Assembly (NCBI GenBank): GCA_010093815.1
Contig: ML996569.1
Reading direction: 5' to 3' (one strand)
DNA length: 64,000 nt
Source of the DNA: Pseudovirgaria hyperparasitica
Lineage: Eukaryota
Under the pieces are notes generated by a model. The model ran no database searches. It was given only the letters and a program-made list of their open reading frames with translations, and was not told the origin of the DNA. The position numbers were made by a program, and so were the translations under genes. Of the stretch, positions 25,533 through 37,338 are shown piece by piece (positions within the stretch are counted from its first letter, which is position 1; every line of letters starts with the position of its first letter).

Positions 25533-28500
25533 GAACAACAACAACAACGATACACTATTCATACACAGATATGTGGAAACCTACCACTAGGTCCGAGCAA
25601 GCAAGCGTGAGTTCGAGATGAGGGGCCTACGAATATGAAGACGTGTAGCTGGGTATTCCAGAAGCACACTTTCTCGTGTCTTTCTCGATCGATGCCTCCC
25701 CAATCGTTGGACAGACTCAGGCTATTCCCTACCTATGCATTAGCATGCTTTGCCTCGCCAGGACACACATCTGCAAGCTATAAAAGCAAACAACACACAT
25801 CAGCAACACTCATTCCCGGCACGAAAAATAGTCTCTTTTCGAAGGTGTAAACAGCAAACACACATCGTGCAACTATCACGGTGGAAATTAACATAATCCC
25901 GTCATTTACAATACCCCATATAGCGATGATCGTAGTATGGTAACAATAATACCCATAGGCTTTACTTACCTTTTGCGTATAGGAGTAGATATGAATATAT
26001 CGTTCTATATATCGCCCTAGTCTACTTGTGAATATGTTTATACTTGGAAGGACTTTGGCATGTTTATTCAAGAGCGTCTTAGTGAAGATTTGTAAGGAGA
26101 TGTTTTACTAGGTATATTGAGATATATTTAACTTGTGAGGATGGGAGTTATACTTTGAAAGGCATATTATGAATGGATCCAGTTGGAGGTCATCTACAGA
26201 CTTACTACATAGCTAGCGAGCTAGGCACGAAGAGAGGTAGATAGGTACACCTATCCCATACTCAGACTATATTGTCATTCTTCCTAAAACGTGGTGAGGT
26301 AAAGCTACGTCCAGAATGCAGCTATATCACATCGCGTGGTTCTATCACAGCACGCACGTCATATCACGTCACGTCACACATCACCTCACATCACAGTCTC
26401 TTCTTCAAAGAAAAAAAAAATAGACGGAAAAAAGAACTTGGAAAGAACCCAGAGACAAAACGATAAAATGACATAAAATCGACCTCCTAAAAAAAAAGAA
26501 GAAGGGATCCCGGGATGTGCGAAACTGGGCAGGAACCCTGCGTTCGTTCCATGACCTGGCCATGCCCTGCCCTGCCATGCTATGCCATGCCCTGCCCTGC
26601 GTCGCGGCAGTGTACATTATTATACAAACGTGCAAAAATCAATACTCGGTAACCACAGTCCCCAGTGCCCCAAACCCAAAGTCCCAGTCCAGTCCAGTGC
26701 AATGTAAAGCAAAGCAATGCACAAATCTACCAAAACCAAGCCCTCACACCCGGCAAAGGCAAGAAGCCACCCCCAAATGAAAAACGGCCAAAGAAGTAGT
26801 AGAGTGCAAAAAAACAGGGCATGAAGATCGACAAGAAAATGACATAAGATGGAATGTCGAAGATATATATGCACGCACGGATGGATACGGAGGGATAGAA
26901 ATGCAGGGCTCAGGGTCTATATCCATCCAGCGTACCCACGACCCCGGGGCAGTCACCACCACCTACGTAGCAGGTTAAATTGCAAACTTTGTCCCGCTAA
27001 GGTTTCCTTTTTGCAGGGCGTGTAGGGCGGAGAGAGAGATATTAATATGCTTTTTCTTTGAAACGGTTGAGTATGCGATGTGCTGGGGAGGGGTAGAGGG
27101 GGTTGAGTGGTTGGATGAGAGTGTGGCCAGGGGGGGGAACAGTTCCTAATGCGGAACGGAGTTGACTGCGCGGGCGAGGGGGTATGGCAGGGCAGTTTAG
27201 TGGTGATCGTTTGCGGGCGGACCTGGCTTTATACAGGCTGGTTTGCTGTGTGTGTAGGGTTGGTGTGTAGCGGGCTGTGTACATTGTCTTTAGTGTCAGG
27301 GTTGAGGTTGCGGATGGGTTGCATTGCGTTGCAGAGGGTTGAAAAAAGCCTTCTATCACATTGCGTTGTTTTCATCGTCGTCGCGGTGGTCGGGTGTTAG
27401 GGCGGCAGTGGTCGGGTTAAAGATGTTGAAAAGTTGACCTTGTTTCGTCCAGGGCGCATGCATGAACGGACGTCGGGTCCCGGGCCGCGCGCTACGTCAT
27501 TGATCATACGAGTCAGGGGAGTTCCGACGGACTTAACGGGCCCACGACCCGAGTCACGTGGATCCGTCATCACGTGCTCGACTACAGGGGAATAGCAGAC
27601 GCACCACCGAATTATGAGCGAGAGAATGCCCTGGTTGCAGGTGAGACACGCAGCGTTTCCAGAAAGAAATTTTCTCCGTATAGTGATAGATGGAAGGAAC
27701 ATTTTCTTGGGCGTGAGATACATAACCTTCCACCCCGTTGTCTCGGTCAGCAACGAGTTCGCGAATGGAACACCGCGGAGATGTGTGCGCCCAACGGGTG
27801 GAACATGCGAGTGTGTGCTGTCAGGATCTTGGCAAACTCCAGCCACGATGGTAAGGGGATGGATTGTGGATGAGATCAATGGAAAAGCCTCGTGTTCTTC
27901 GGGAAGTCCAAGTCCACCGATGGGGCCGCGGGTTCTGGAGCAAGCATTTCCATGTAAGCCGGGCCAGCCCTATGGAAAATTTTTGACCCACACAGCCTCA
28001 ACCTTTTTTCTTTTTCTTCTCTCCCTTCAAGCCACCACGCTGCCGCCGCGGGGCTGCAGCTGGCCATGAAGCGAAGGGAACCGTTCCGCTGTACGTACAG
28101 AGTAAGCACAAGCATCCATCCCGCGTGTGGGCGTGTGGTGATTTGGGAGCATGGGGAGAGAAAAGCTTATGCCCCGATGCGATCCTTTCAATCTGAAAAA
28201 GTGCAGCAACGCTGACACTGCAAGCCCATTTCCAGCTCATGAATGCTCCTCCACATGCTCGGCCGAATGGTCTGTTGCATCCATCGTGGGAATCTAGATG
28301 CAACCTTCTCCTGCTTCCTACTGCTACCTGCTTGCTTTGCTGGCGACAGATATGGCGAGGCTTCACAACAGACAGTAGTCGTCGTTGTCGTCGTCGTCGG
28401 CGCGCGCGGGCAGAATTCCGTGCAAGCTGAACGTTACGTACAGTGTTGTTACTGCGACACATGCTATTGGGCGCTTGCATCGCAAATATAGAGTTTCACA

Positions 28501-29822
28501 TGGCTAGCTGGCCTCCCAGTCGCGTGGCACTCCCAATCATGTATTGCCGTATGCAGCAGTCAAGCATGTCCCAAGCTGGAGATCGGGAAAACAACGGCTG
28601 GCGGACGCGTGGCCGCGCAACCGTTCAGCTACCGACGAGCTCTAGTTATGACTGATCATTCGATATCTTGGCGTGGCTTGTTGCGACGGTCAGCAATAGC
28701 GATACCAATAGCGATACCAATAGCTGGGCATACCCCGTGTACGAGAACGAGGGTCGACGTTGATCAGAGCAATCCATCTACGCGGGACTTGACCACGATA
28801 CGTGCTAATAGTGATCACGCGACTTTGAGGCTGTCGATCATGAGATTGGATCTGGGTGAGCGACCTTTACGCGCGCTCTGCACGTCCCTGAACGGTCTCC
28901 TCGCTTCGGCAAAGTGTGGTTGCTTCCGGCGGGTCGTGGTCGTGGTTGTGGTCGTGGTCCAAGGGTTCGATGAGGCGCAGCAATGCGGCTCTTTCATGTA
29001 TAACCATGTATAGTCACTGATGGGGAATATATCGATATTGCCCAAGAAATAACATAATTGCTCAGTATTCTTGGAAGTGTGTCAGGGATTGATGGAGATT
29101 GGCTATCGATTGCAGTCCGGCGTCGGAAAACCGGGGGATGTGGCCGTGCAGTCTAGACCATAATGGGTTAGTGCATGTCACTAGCGTCGCGCCCGCCGAC
29201 CCCCGTGTCTCTTAACGTAGGTCTGGAGTGTCTTCTAGAAGCCGAGACTGGCTGGACTCTGCTGTGAATTTGTGATGTTGTGATGGACTCGACCGGACTC
29301 AACTGTCGCACTGTGAGCCCAGAGCTTCTCAACACAATGCCAGTAGTCTGCTGAACAATGCAGGTGGTCGAAAATAGAATATGCAGGACACTTGCGTGGG
29401 TATCTATCGGTGTGCATGAAGACTCCGTGGCCGTTCGTCAAATAATGATGATGGAAGCTTGGAAGGTAGAGAATCAGGCATTAATCAGCCAAAAGTCAGG
29501 CCGACATCCCGACTGTGTGCGCAAAAGCCGAGTAAACGGGCAGGCAGGGATTAGGCAGAGTTTTTTTTATTGTTGCTTTCGAGCGAGAAGTGGGGCGGCC
29601 GGTTGGGGAAGTCGCACTGGAGCACTATTAGTACTACTTGGGTAGCTACCTAATGCAGGTAGTAATGGAAAATAAGCGGGGCCAGGTGCCGATCGCCGTA
29701 CTGGGGAGGAGCGACCAAAGACGCTAGGGAGTAGGGACTGGACCCTGAATTTGCAGCAAAGCAGCGTCATCGCCCTACCGGTCATGGATCCACTCACACA
29801 CACTGTTCCTGTCAACTTATAA

Positions 29823-29831
29823 TTTGCCACC
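29823..29831 (-). promoter_or_regulatory. PACE element (GGTGGCAAA), candidate Rpn4 binding site
   Basis: TTTGCCACC on the + strand, 72 nt upstream of the RPN4-like ATG. Confidence 0.6.
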
Positions 29832-29902
29832 CTCCTCCAACCCACTCTGTCCACCTCATCATACACACACACACCCACACAGAGCCATACATCATCTCCA
29901 TC

Positions 29903-31930
29903 ATGCTAGCTCGCCATCCGCAACAACGCAGCAATACCTTCAACAACACCTTCGTCAATCAACAGCTTCCATCGCCTGCACCTTCACACTCCAGCTTCTC
30001 AGACCATCTACCCACCACCGCGTCGCCCGACTTCAACCTGCAGAACTACCTCAACACTTTGCCTTACAACTTCGACCAGGATTCCACCATTGAACCCTCC
30101 AGCGAGACATCGTTCATGAACAACTTCGACTATACCAATAGCCCCGCCATCCGGGTCCAGCAGTCGACTCCGGTGCCTCAATTGCCAGGGGCATACAGCC
30201 AGTCTGGGAATCTGTACGAGTGGGACATGTTTAGCAGGCAACAAGGGAACAACAACAACAACAACAACAATCATCTGCAGACACCACAGAAACGCGTCCC
30301 AGCGTCGCATCGCCGGGCACCCTCGACATCGTCGGCCGGATCAGACTTCAGCTCAGCCTCCAACAACACGTCGGCGAATGCATCCGCCACTGTCCGTTAC
30401 CCGTACGTCGCCCATCCCGTGCCTGAACTACCATTCACTGACTCATCATTCAGCGCTGACGAATCAACCGCACTCTACTCGAAGCAAACTTCTCTACCTA
30501 CTCCCACCCAGACACCCACTTCAGAGTCTTTTCTCTCTTCCTCATATCAGACCTTCAACTCCCAACCTAACCTTTACACCACAACTGGGAACGCCCACGA
30601 CGCGATGAGGAACATTCTTCAGGATACCACCAAGTATGACGACGATTACTCGGTGTCAAGTTATGGTCGCAACTCGCCTGCAACGCCACACAACGACGAC
30701 TTCGAGGAGGTATCAAGGATATCCAATGGTGAGAATCCAGTCCATGATGACGTCGATGATTGGCTTCAGTACTTACAATTTCCCCCAGATGTCGCGTCCA
30801 ACTTCAAGTTTGAAAGTCAAGACATGTGGAATAGGCCGATGATGGGCAAGTCCCTTGCACGCCCAACACCAAAGCATCTCTCTCCTCAGCAGTTTCAGTC
30901 GATTGCACGATCACAGTCACCACAAATCCAGAAGCCTGCATCACCTTTCAAGCCGACATCTACTTACATGGGCTCGTCTCATCGCTTGAACGCTTCGCAA
31001 TTACGCGATCAACAGCAACAGTCTGTGGCAGCCGAGGCAAGCTCTGCGATGCGGAACTACCAGCAGGCGCAGCAACAACCGAAGACGATATCTCCGAAGG
31101 AAGTGTCTCTCGATTACGATAACTCGGAGGATACCAAGAATATGTCCCTGTTTCCCGAGAACGATTCAGAGTCATTCGGTCAGCAATTTAACAGTGGCAA
31201 CCAATTTGGTCTCCAACCGTTCGGCAACACAGAACAGGCCTCTTGGAACATTCCGCGGTCAGGCGAGGCTGACTTCACCACGCCCTCGTCAGCTGCCAAC
31301 TATAACTTTATGGCACCAGTCGTTCCTCAAGGCCTCCCGCAGGTCCAATTTACCCAACAGCAATACCGAAGCATCAGTAACATGCCACCTGCGCCTGAAC
31401 CAACCCCAGACTTCCCAGCGCACTTGACTTCCATGGAGTCAAGCGCCAGCGAGGCTGGTCTGGACAACAGTTTCGAAGACGTCCGTCGACCAGAAAACGT
31501 CAACGCAGATCGGGGCACGTATTCATGCACATATCAGAATTGCAGCCAGCGTTTTGAAACCCCACGAGAGCTGCAGAAACATAAACGTGAAGGACATCGC
31601 CAAAACGTTACACACGGCAGTCCAGGAGTTGGCAGCCATCTATCGTCTGCAGAGCTCATGGAACGGAATTCACAGGCTGGTCCGCACATCTGCAAGCGCA
31701 CAAACCCATCAACTGGCAAGCCATGCAACACGGAGTTTTCCAGGCCGTACGACTTGACGAGACACGAGGACACTATTCACAACATCCGCAAGCAAAAGGT
31801 CAGGTGCGCGCTCTGCATCGAGGAAAAAACGTTTTCCAGGAATGACGCGCTCACAAGACATATGCGCGTCGTGCATCCGGAAGTGGACTTTCCCGGCAAG
31901 CACCGTCGCCGAGGTGGTGCGCATGACTGA
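29903..31930 (+). CDS. RPN4: C2H2 zinc-finger transcription factor, Rpn4/Rsv2 family
   Basis: C-terminal fingers CNTEFSRPYDLTRHEDTIH...RCALCIEEKTFSRNDALTRHMRVVH match the Rpn4 signature (FSRxYDLTRH..TIH / KTFSRxDALTRH); long S/Q/N/P-rich N-terminus. Confidence 0.85.
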   Translation: MLARHPQQRSNTFNNTFVNQQLPSPAPSHSSFSDHLPTTASPDFNLQNYLNTLPYNFDQDSTIEPSSETSFMNNFDYTNSPAIRVQQSTPVPQLPGAYSQSGNLYEWDMFSRQQGNNNNNNNNHLQTPQKRVPASHRRAPSTSSAGSDFSSASNNTSANASATVRYPYVAHPVPELPFTDSSFSADESTALYSKQTSLPTPTQTPTSESFLSSSYQTFNSQPNLYTTTGNAHDAMRNILQDTTKYDDDYSVSSYGRNSPATPHNDDFEEVSRISNGENPVHDDVDDWLQYLQFPPDVASNFKFESQDMWNRPMMGKSLARPTPKHLSPQQFQSIARSQSPQIQKPASPFKPTSTYMGSSHRLNASQLRDQQQQSVAAEASSAMRNYQQAQQQPKTISPKEVSLDYDNSEDTKNMSLFPENDSESFGQQFNSGNQFGLQPFGNTEQASWNIPRSGEADFTTPSSAANYNFMAPVVPQGLPQVQFTQQQYRSISNMPPAPEPTPDFPAHLTSMESSASEAGLDNSFEDVRRPENVNADRGTYSCTYQNCSQRFETPRELQKHKREGHRQNVTHGSPGVGSHLSSAELMERNSQAGPHICKRTNPSTGKPCNTEFSRPYDLTRHEDTIHNIRKQKVRCALCIEEKTFSRNDALTRHMRVVHPEVDFPGKHRRRGGAHD

Positions 31931-33575
31931 GCGAAGGTGTCTGACGTCTGTCAACGCCGTTTGACTCGATTGCACGTATCGATCTGTGCGCCATCAGTTC
32001 GCATCATCGTGGTCCGCGCCAAGCTGCCGATGAATAGGGACCCCGCTTGTTCGAAACGCGATGACGTCATAGTCCGGCCACTTTGCGCCCGACATTACAC
32101 AATTTCCACTGCCGTCACTCTTAGCGATTTTTGTTTTCATGTCTATTGCTTTTTCCTCGCTTGGAGCTCGCCGGCCGAACCTCCTGAGGTCCTGGTGGTA
32201 ATGTGTTTATGACGGTATATGAATATTTGATACTGGCCGAGCGAATGTTTTATGATGTTCATGTATTTCCTTTACGTCCAGAAAACAGAGCGCCGAACAT
32301 GTTGCAGATCTCGGAAAAATGCGCATTTCAATGACGCGCTTATCTCGTTTCACATTGTAGTCTTTGGGCATTAGCGACAACGTAGATTTCCTGTTTACTG
32401 TCTCAGCGATTTCATACTATACCCCCCTTTCTCAGGCTCAAATTATCAACACATTTTTGGGGACCTTCTTCTTCGTCTTCTTCCTCTTCTTGGGCCAAGT
32501 CTACGTTATAAATTACCGAGGTCATCACGTGTGTGACCCAGCTGCACTGTATTTTTATCTATTGTACATTAAATTAATGTTGGAGGAATCTCTAATGGAG
32601 ACGATTTCGAAGTGTATTAACACCATCCTTGTACTGTATGTATGCATGTATGTATGTATGTATGCGCTGTGGTGGAATTGGAATAATGATCAGTCAATTA
32701 TCAAGCAATATCGTGCTCATTCCTTTAACCATCCGATAATGGCCAAAATAAATTGAGATAAACACACACATCTGTAATCGTTTCCAAACCTAGTCCGCCC
32801 CCTTGCCAACTTGGGCAGGCATGATCAGCTCATGCGAAGCCCTGAAATGAATGACAATTGGGAGAGGAGGGGGACTGAGTCTGAGTCTCGGCCGACGGGG
32901 TTCTCATGTACGTGTCATGCAGCTGTCATGTATTACGGGCAGGCTAGGTTAGGTTACTGTAGGTGCTGGTGGTGCCAAGATAGGTAGGGGATGGATGGGG
33001 AACGGGCCTGAATAGCTGGAGGTGCGCCCAGCTGGAGGGAAGGTTAGGCTATTTAATAATTAGGCTACCTAGGTTTGTGGAACTAATAATTAGACTAATT
33101 AGGTTCTGAAAAAAAAAGGCAATTCGACGGGGTTTATATAATTATTAACCTGGACTTTTGTTACCTTATTATTGTTGTAGATGTCGTGATGTGTGTTCTG
33201 TTCTGTTTGGTATCTATCTGTATCTGGTGTTTGTTGTGCGATTTGATAGTACTACTTACTTTAGGTCAATTACTGCCTTTGGTAGGTTAGGAGGTTCTTA
33301 CTATGATTAGGTTTTTGCGATTTTACGATTTTGTGGAACTGGTTTGTGTCATGCGCGGATGCATGTTATGTGTAGGGTTTTGGTATTATGTTGTCATGTG
33401 TGGATTGGTGGTTTGGGTTTTGTGAAAGGGATGTAGATACACGGTCGGGCGTTGAGCGTTCTGCGTGTTTGATATGGATGTAACACGCGGATAAGTAGAT
33501 GTCTGCTAATTTAGTTGTATGGGTGAATGAATGAATGAACGAATGAATGAATGAATAGATAGATTGATGCACAGA

Positions 33576-33843
33576 TAGATGCAGAGTCAGATACACCATC
33601 CATACTCCCACCCCCTCCTTACGGCTTAACCTTCTCCCCACTAGCCCTCCTATCCTCAGCCCTACGTATCCATCTATCTATGGATCTCTGTTTGCCTTGT
33701 CTTGCCTTGTAGATGCAGAGTCAGATACACCATCCATACTCCCACCCCCTCCTTACGGCTTAACCTTCTCCCCACTAGCCCTCCTATCCTCAGCCCTACG
33801 TATCCATCTATCTATGGATCTCTGTTTGCCTTGTCTTGCCTTG
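33576..33843. repeat. Perfect 134-bp tandem duplication
   Basis: 33576-33709 is identical to 33710-33843; flanked by (GAAT)n and (CTTGTCTTGC)n. Confidence 0.9.
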
Positions 33844-35269
33844 TCTTGCCTTGTCTTGCCTCACCTTCCCTCGCTCGCCTCACACCCTCGGCCCGCGCCG
33901 ACGAATTTGCCGACCGACGGGCGAAAACTCCACCGCCCCCTGACTAATTAATTAATTACCACCTCTAATTACCACCATCCACCCAATGGATCCTCCATGG
34001 ATGATGGACGGACGCATTTCTCAGCTACGCACGCACGCACGCACCTCGGCCGATCTATACAACAACCGCACAATCACACATCCACATCCCACACCACCCG
34101 GATAGATGGAAGAACTTGGAGATAGAGTGCTGATGTCAGATCCGGATGGATGGAACGTTCGGTAGTCGTCAGGCAGGGAAGCTCATTAGTAGTGAGAAGA
34201 GGTAGTTGGGAAAGGGCAGGTTAATTAGGCAAGATCTCGCGTGCGCGCGTGCTTGATTACTTGATTGGGAAGGTGCGTGCGTGCGTGCGCTGCAGTTTGT
34301 TGCAGGGACAGGGACAGGGACAGGGATAGTGGTATGGGCATGGGTAGTAGTAAGACTCGATGGCGGAAGTGGTTATTTTTAGGAAGCGCGATAATGTGTT
34401 AGTAATGAACGACGACGTTTGCTTCGTCGGACAGGGGATACACGATACAGTATACAGTATACACCGATGCATGCGAGGTTTTGGGTAGGGCGTTCGATAT
34501 GCGTCTGACTAACTGATTACATTTCAACTGATGATTACTTGACAGAGAAGAAGAAGGTTTGAATCGGCTCGCGGCTCGCGGCTCGCGGCTCAAGAAACCT
34601 TCAGTCCCCCGTCTCAGAGCGGAGGATTCAGATCGACTTGACTACAAGGTGAGCGTTTTACGTATTCTCGCCATCCGTCTGTTCCGGCTGGCATTACGAA
34701 AAAGAAGGTCTCTAGTGCCGTGCCATAGTTATTTATTAAGCTTGTGTAGTCCGTATCTGACCGTCGGCGAGTCGGACACGGGCACGCGAGGCTGTGTTGT
34801 GTGGTGAGATGGTCAGACGATCGACTTGCTATCGGTCGAGTATATCAAGATTTGGTGAGATACCTAATGACTATGACGGTGACTCAGCGTGGACGACGTC
34901 GTTGCAGAGGGTGATGATTTAGTAGATACGAATGGGGACCAAAGGCTTAGCAATATCTCAGTGTATGAGCAACAGCTTGATGTCTGTCCATGCACTATGC
35001 AACGCATTCTGAATAATGCTCACAAACTATTCATAAGTCATGTTACATTGTGTCAAGGCTGCAGGGTATGATATCGTATTATTACATGTGAGTAATGAGC
35101 CTCGATGCAGGATCTTGAGGTGACACCCCTAAACCCTCTTTCGATGCCGCTTCACTCCATCACGACGATGATGTCGCCAAAGGTCCCTTGCCATGTGGTG
35201 GGTAGGTGCACGATGCTGTGGCTTCAATGTCGAGCGGTACACGTGTGCATTGTGCATGGCGCAGACAAA

Positions 35270-36513
35270 TCAAGGCTGACCTGCCTCACCCGCTTCGAAC
35301 AGCTCATTCGCATCTCTGACCTCGTCATTCGCACTCGAGTAATCTGAAAGTCATGTCAGCAGACCGTACTGCAGCCAACACAAAGCGCACCATACTCCGT
35401 TTGCTAGGCAGTCCTAATGCTGCCCCAATGTTTCGATATCCGTCCCTGCCTTTGACACCCCCGTTCGCGAGCTTTCTCATTGGGCCTTGAGGTACAGCCG
35501 AGTCCTGCCATTCACTGCGGCAATAAGGACAAGTGACCTTGCTACCACTGGCTCTCTTTGTTGCAGCCCATTTGTCGAAACAGGACTTGTGCATGTTGTT
35601 GCCACACGCAGCTTGACACCAAGTAACGGGCTCCTTCTCCTGTTCCATCTCGAAGCAGCAAATGGGACAGTCGTCTTCAATCGCTTTGCGATTTCCATCG
35701 TGACTCTCATCAATAGTGTCGATAGGAAGAGGAGCACCGTTGAAAATGGCATGAAGCTCAGAGGCCAAGAAAGAGTACTGATACTCCAGTTCAGGTGGAG
35801 CTTTGAGAACCTGTGTGAGCACCTATATTGCGTCAGACCTGTCTACACGCTTGACGCTCATCCACTCACATAGATGATGTGTTTGCAGAACTTGCCCATC
35901 CGGCCTTGTGGACAGTTGCAGAAGGGCACTTCCCTTATGTAGACCTTGTAGATATTGCCTGTTGAGCCTGCGAGTTCCACCCGTTCCTCCGGTACATCCT
36001 CAGTGCCTGTCCTCTCACGCTCGATCACGAACATTCTAGTGACATTAGACAAATATGGTCACGCCCATACTGGAATAACGTACCTCTGTGTGAGCGCACG
36101 CTTACGGGCTTTGGCATACTCCTCGGGTGGAGCTGATTGCCAACTGGTCTCGAGTTAGTAGAATATTGATGTTGGCTTCCGATCACGTACTCCTTGACAC
36201 GCTTCTTCTCTCTCTCCGTCTTCGTCATCTTTGGTCTTGATTTGGCAGCTACCTTCTGGGTTACTATGGGAGTCTGTGAGGCTTTGGGAGCTTCTGGCAC
36301 GACAGTAGCGACCGCCTTCGGTTTTGTTCTTGCTTTTGCCTTCTTTTTGGCGGGTGGTACATCATAGGCTTCGTTGTCACTGTCGTGATCGCGCTTCTTC
36401 GTATTCACTTGAGTGGTCACAATAGAAGCCTTCTTCACGGCGTCGGCGACACCAGAGGTAGGATGCTGGAATGGAAGCTGAGCCTTATTACGAGATCGGG
36501 TGATGATAGGCAT
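35270..36513 (-). CDS. SWIM zinc finger + RING-variant (C4HC3) protein, paralog A, 5 exons
   Basis: Spliced: RALTQRMFVI...GSTGNIY...CNCPQGRMGKFCKHIIYVL (SWIM), DDCPICC...WCQAACGNNMHKSCFDKW...CPYCR (RING-v); four GT-AG introns. Confidence 0.85.
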
Positions 36514-37338
36514 TATCACGGATGACTGGGCGCAATACGTGGAACAATTTCGCTGTTGTATGTGTGATGGCCGTGACTTGAGGTTCAAACGTCAAAGCGA
36601 ACTTTAGGAATGCGAATGCCACGAAGTGTTTGTACTCTCAAGAAATGAAGTAAGAGGGAGTGGAAGTTGTAGAGAAGTAGAAAAGTTGGACTGCACGTGT
36701 GATTAAGTAAAGGCAGAATGATGCCTGGTGTGTCTGCCTGCCATCGCGACTACCATGGATCTAGACAGGCACCAGTGTGGCGGGGTGAAGTAGCACGACG
36801 CGCTGCGCGTCGAAATCTTGTTTGCTCCAATCGTGCTCTCTACTTAGTATCTCCATGAAAATGAAGTAGAAATTGCCAGCACTCTCCATACTATTAGTAG
36901 ATTCTCACTGACCTGTTCGATGTCCAAAAGGGTCCTGCCGTGTCTGCGCTGTCCCAACTCCTAGATCAATCCAGTCAATGCCAGATCATTAGTCCCTGCA
37001 TCTTATCCGTTGTCAATGTAGATCTTTGAAAATACCTATCACTATACATTGGGCATTTCGCCATCAAGAGAGTTGAAAGGAATGTCTGAGGTATACTATG
37101 ATGCTGACTAATCATCGACACAGTGGAAGGCATTCCAGAACTTTGGCGTGTGGAAGCAGGTCAATCTGCACTAAAGATCACTGGGACTCAATGGTACAAG
37201 TGTCATGTCTGTGTCCACATTGTGAAACATTCCCGACTGCACGGAAGTAAGATAGGCCTTGATACTCAGTTCCTCAACCTTCGAGTAGAAGCTACTAGGA
37301 GAGGTTGAATCAACCCATCGTAATGTGTTAAAGTCTCC

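Noticed and set aside
20914..26300. LTR, TIR or Starship boundaries for the island
   Set aside because: No convincing terminal repeats, target-site duplication, transposase or tyrosine recombinase could be seen by eye.
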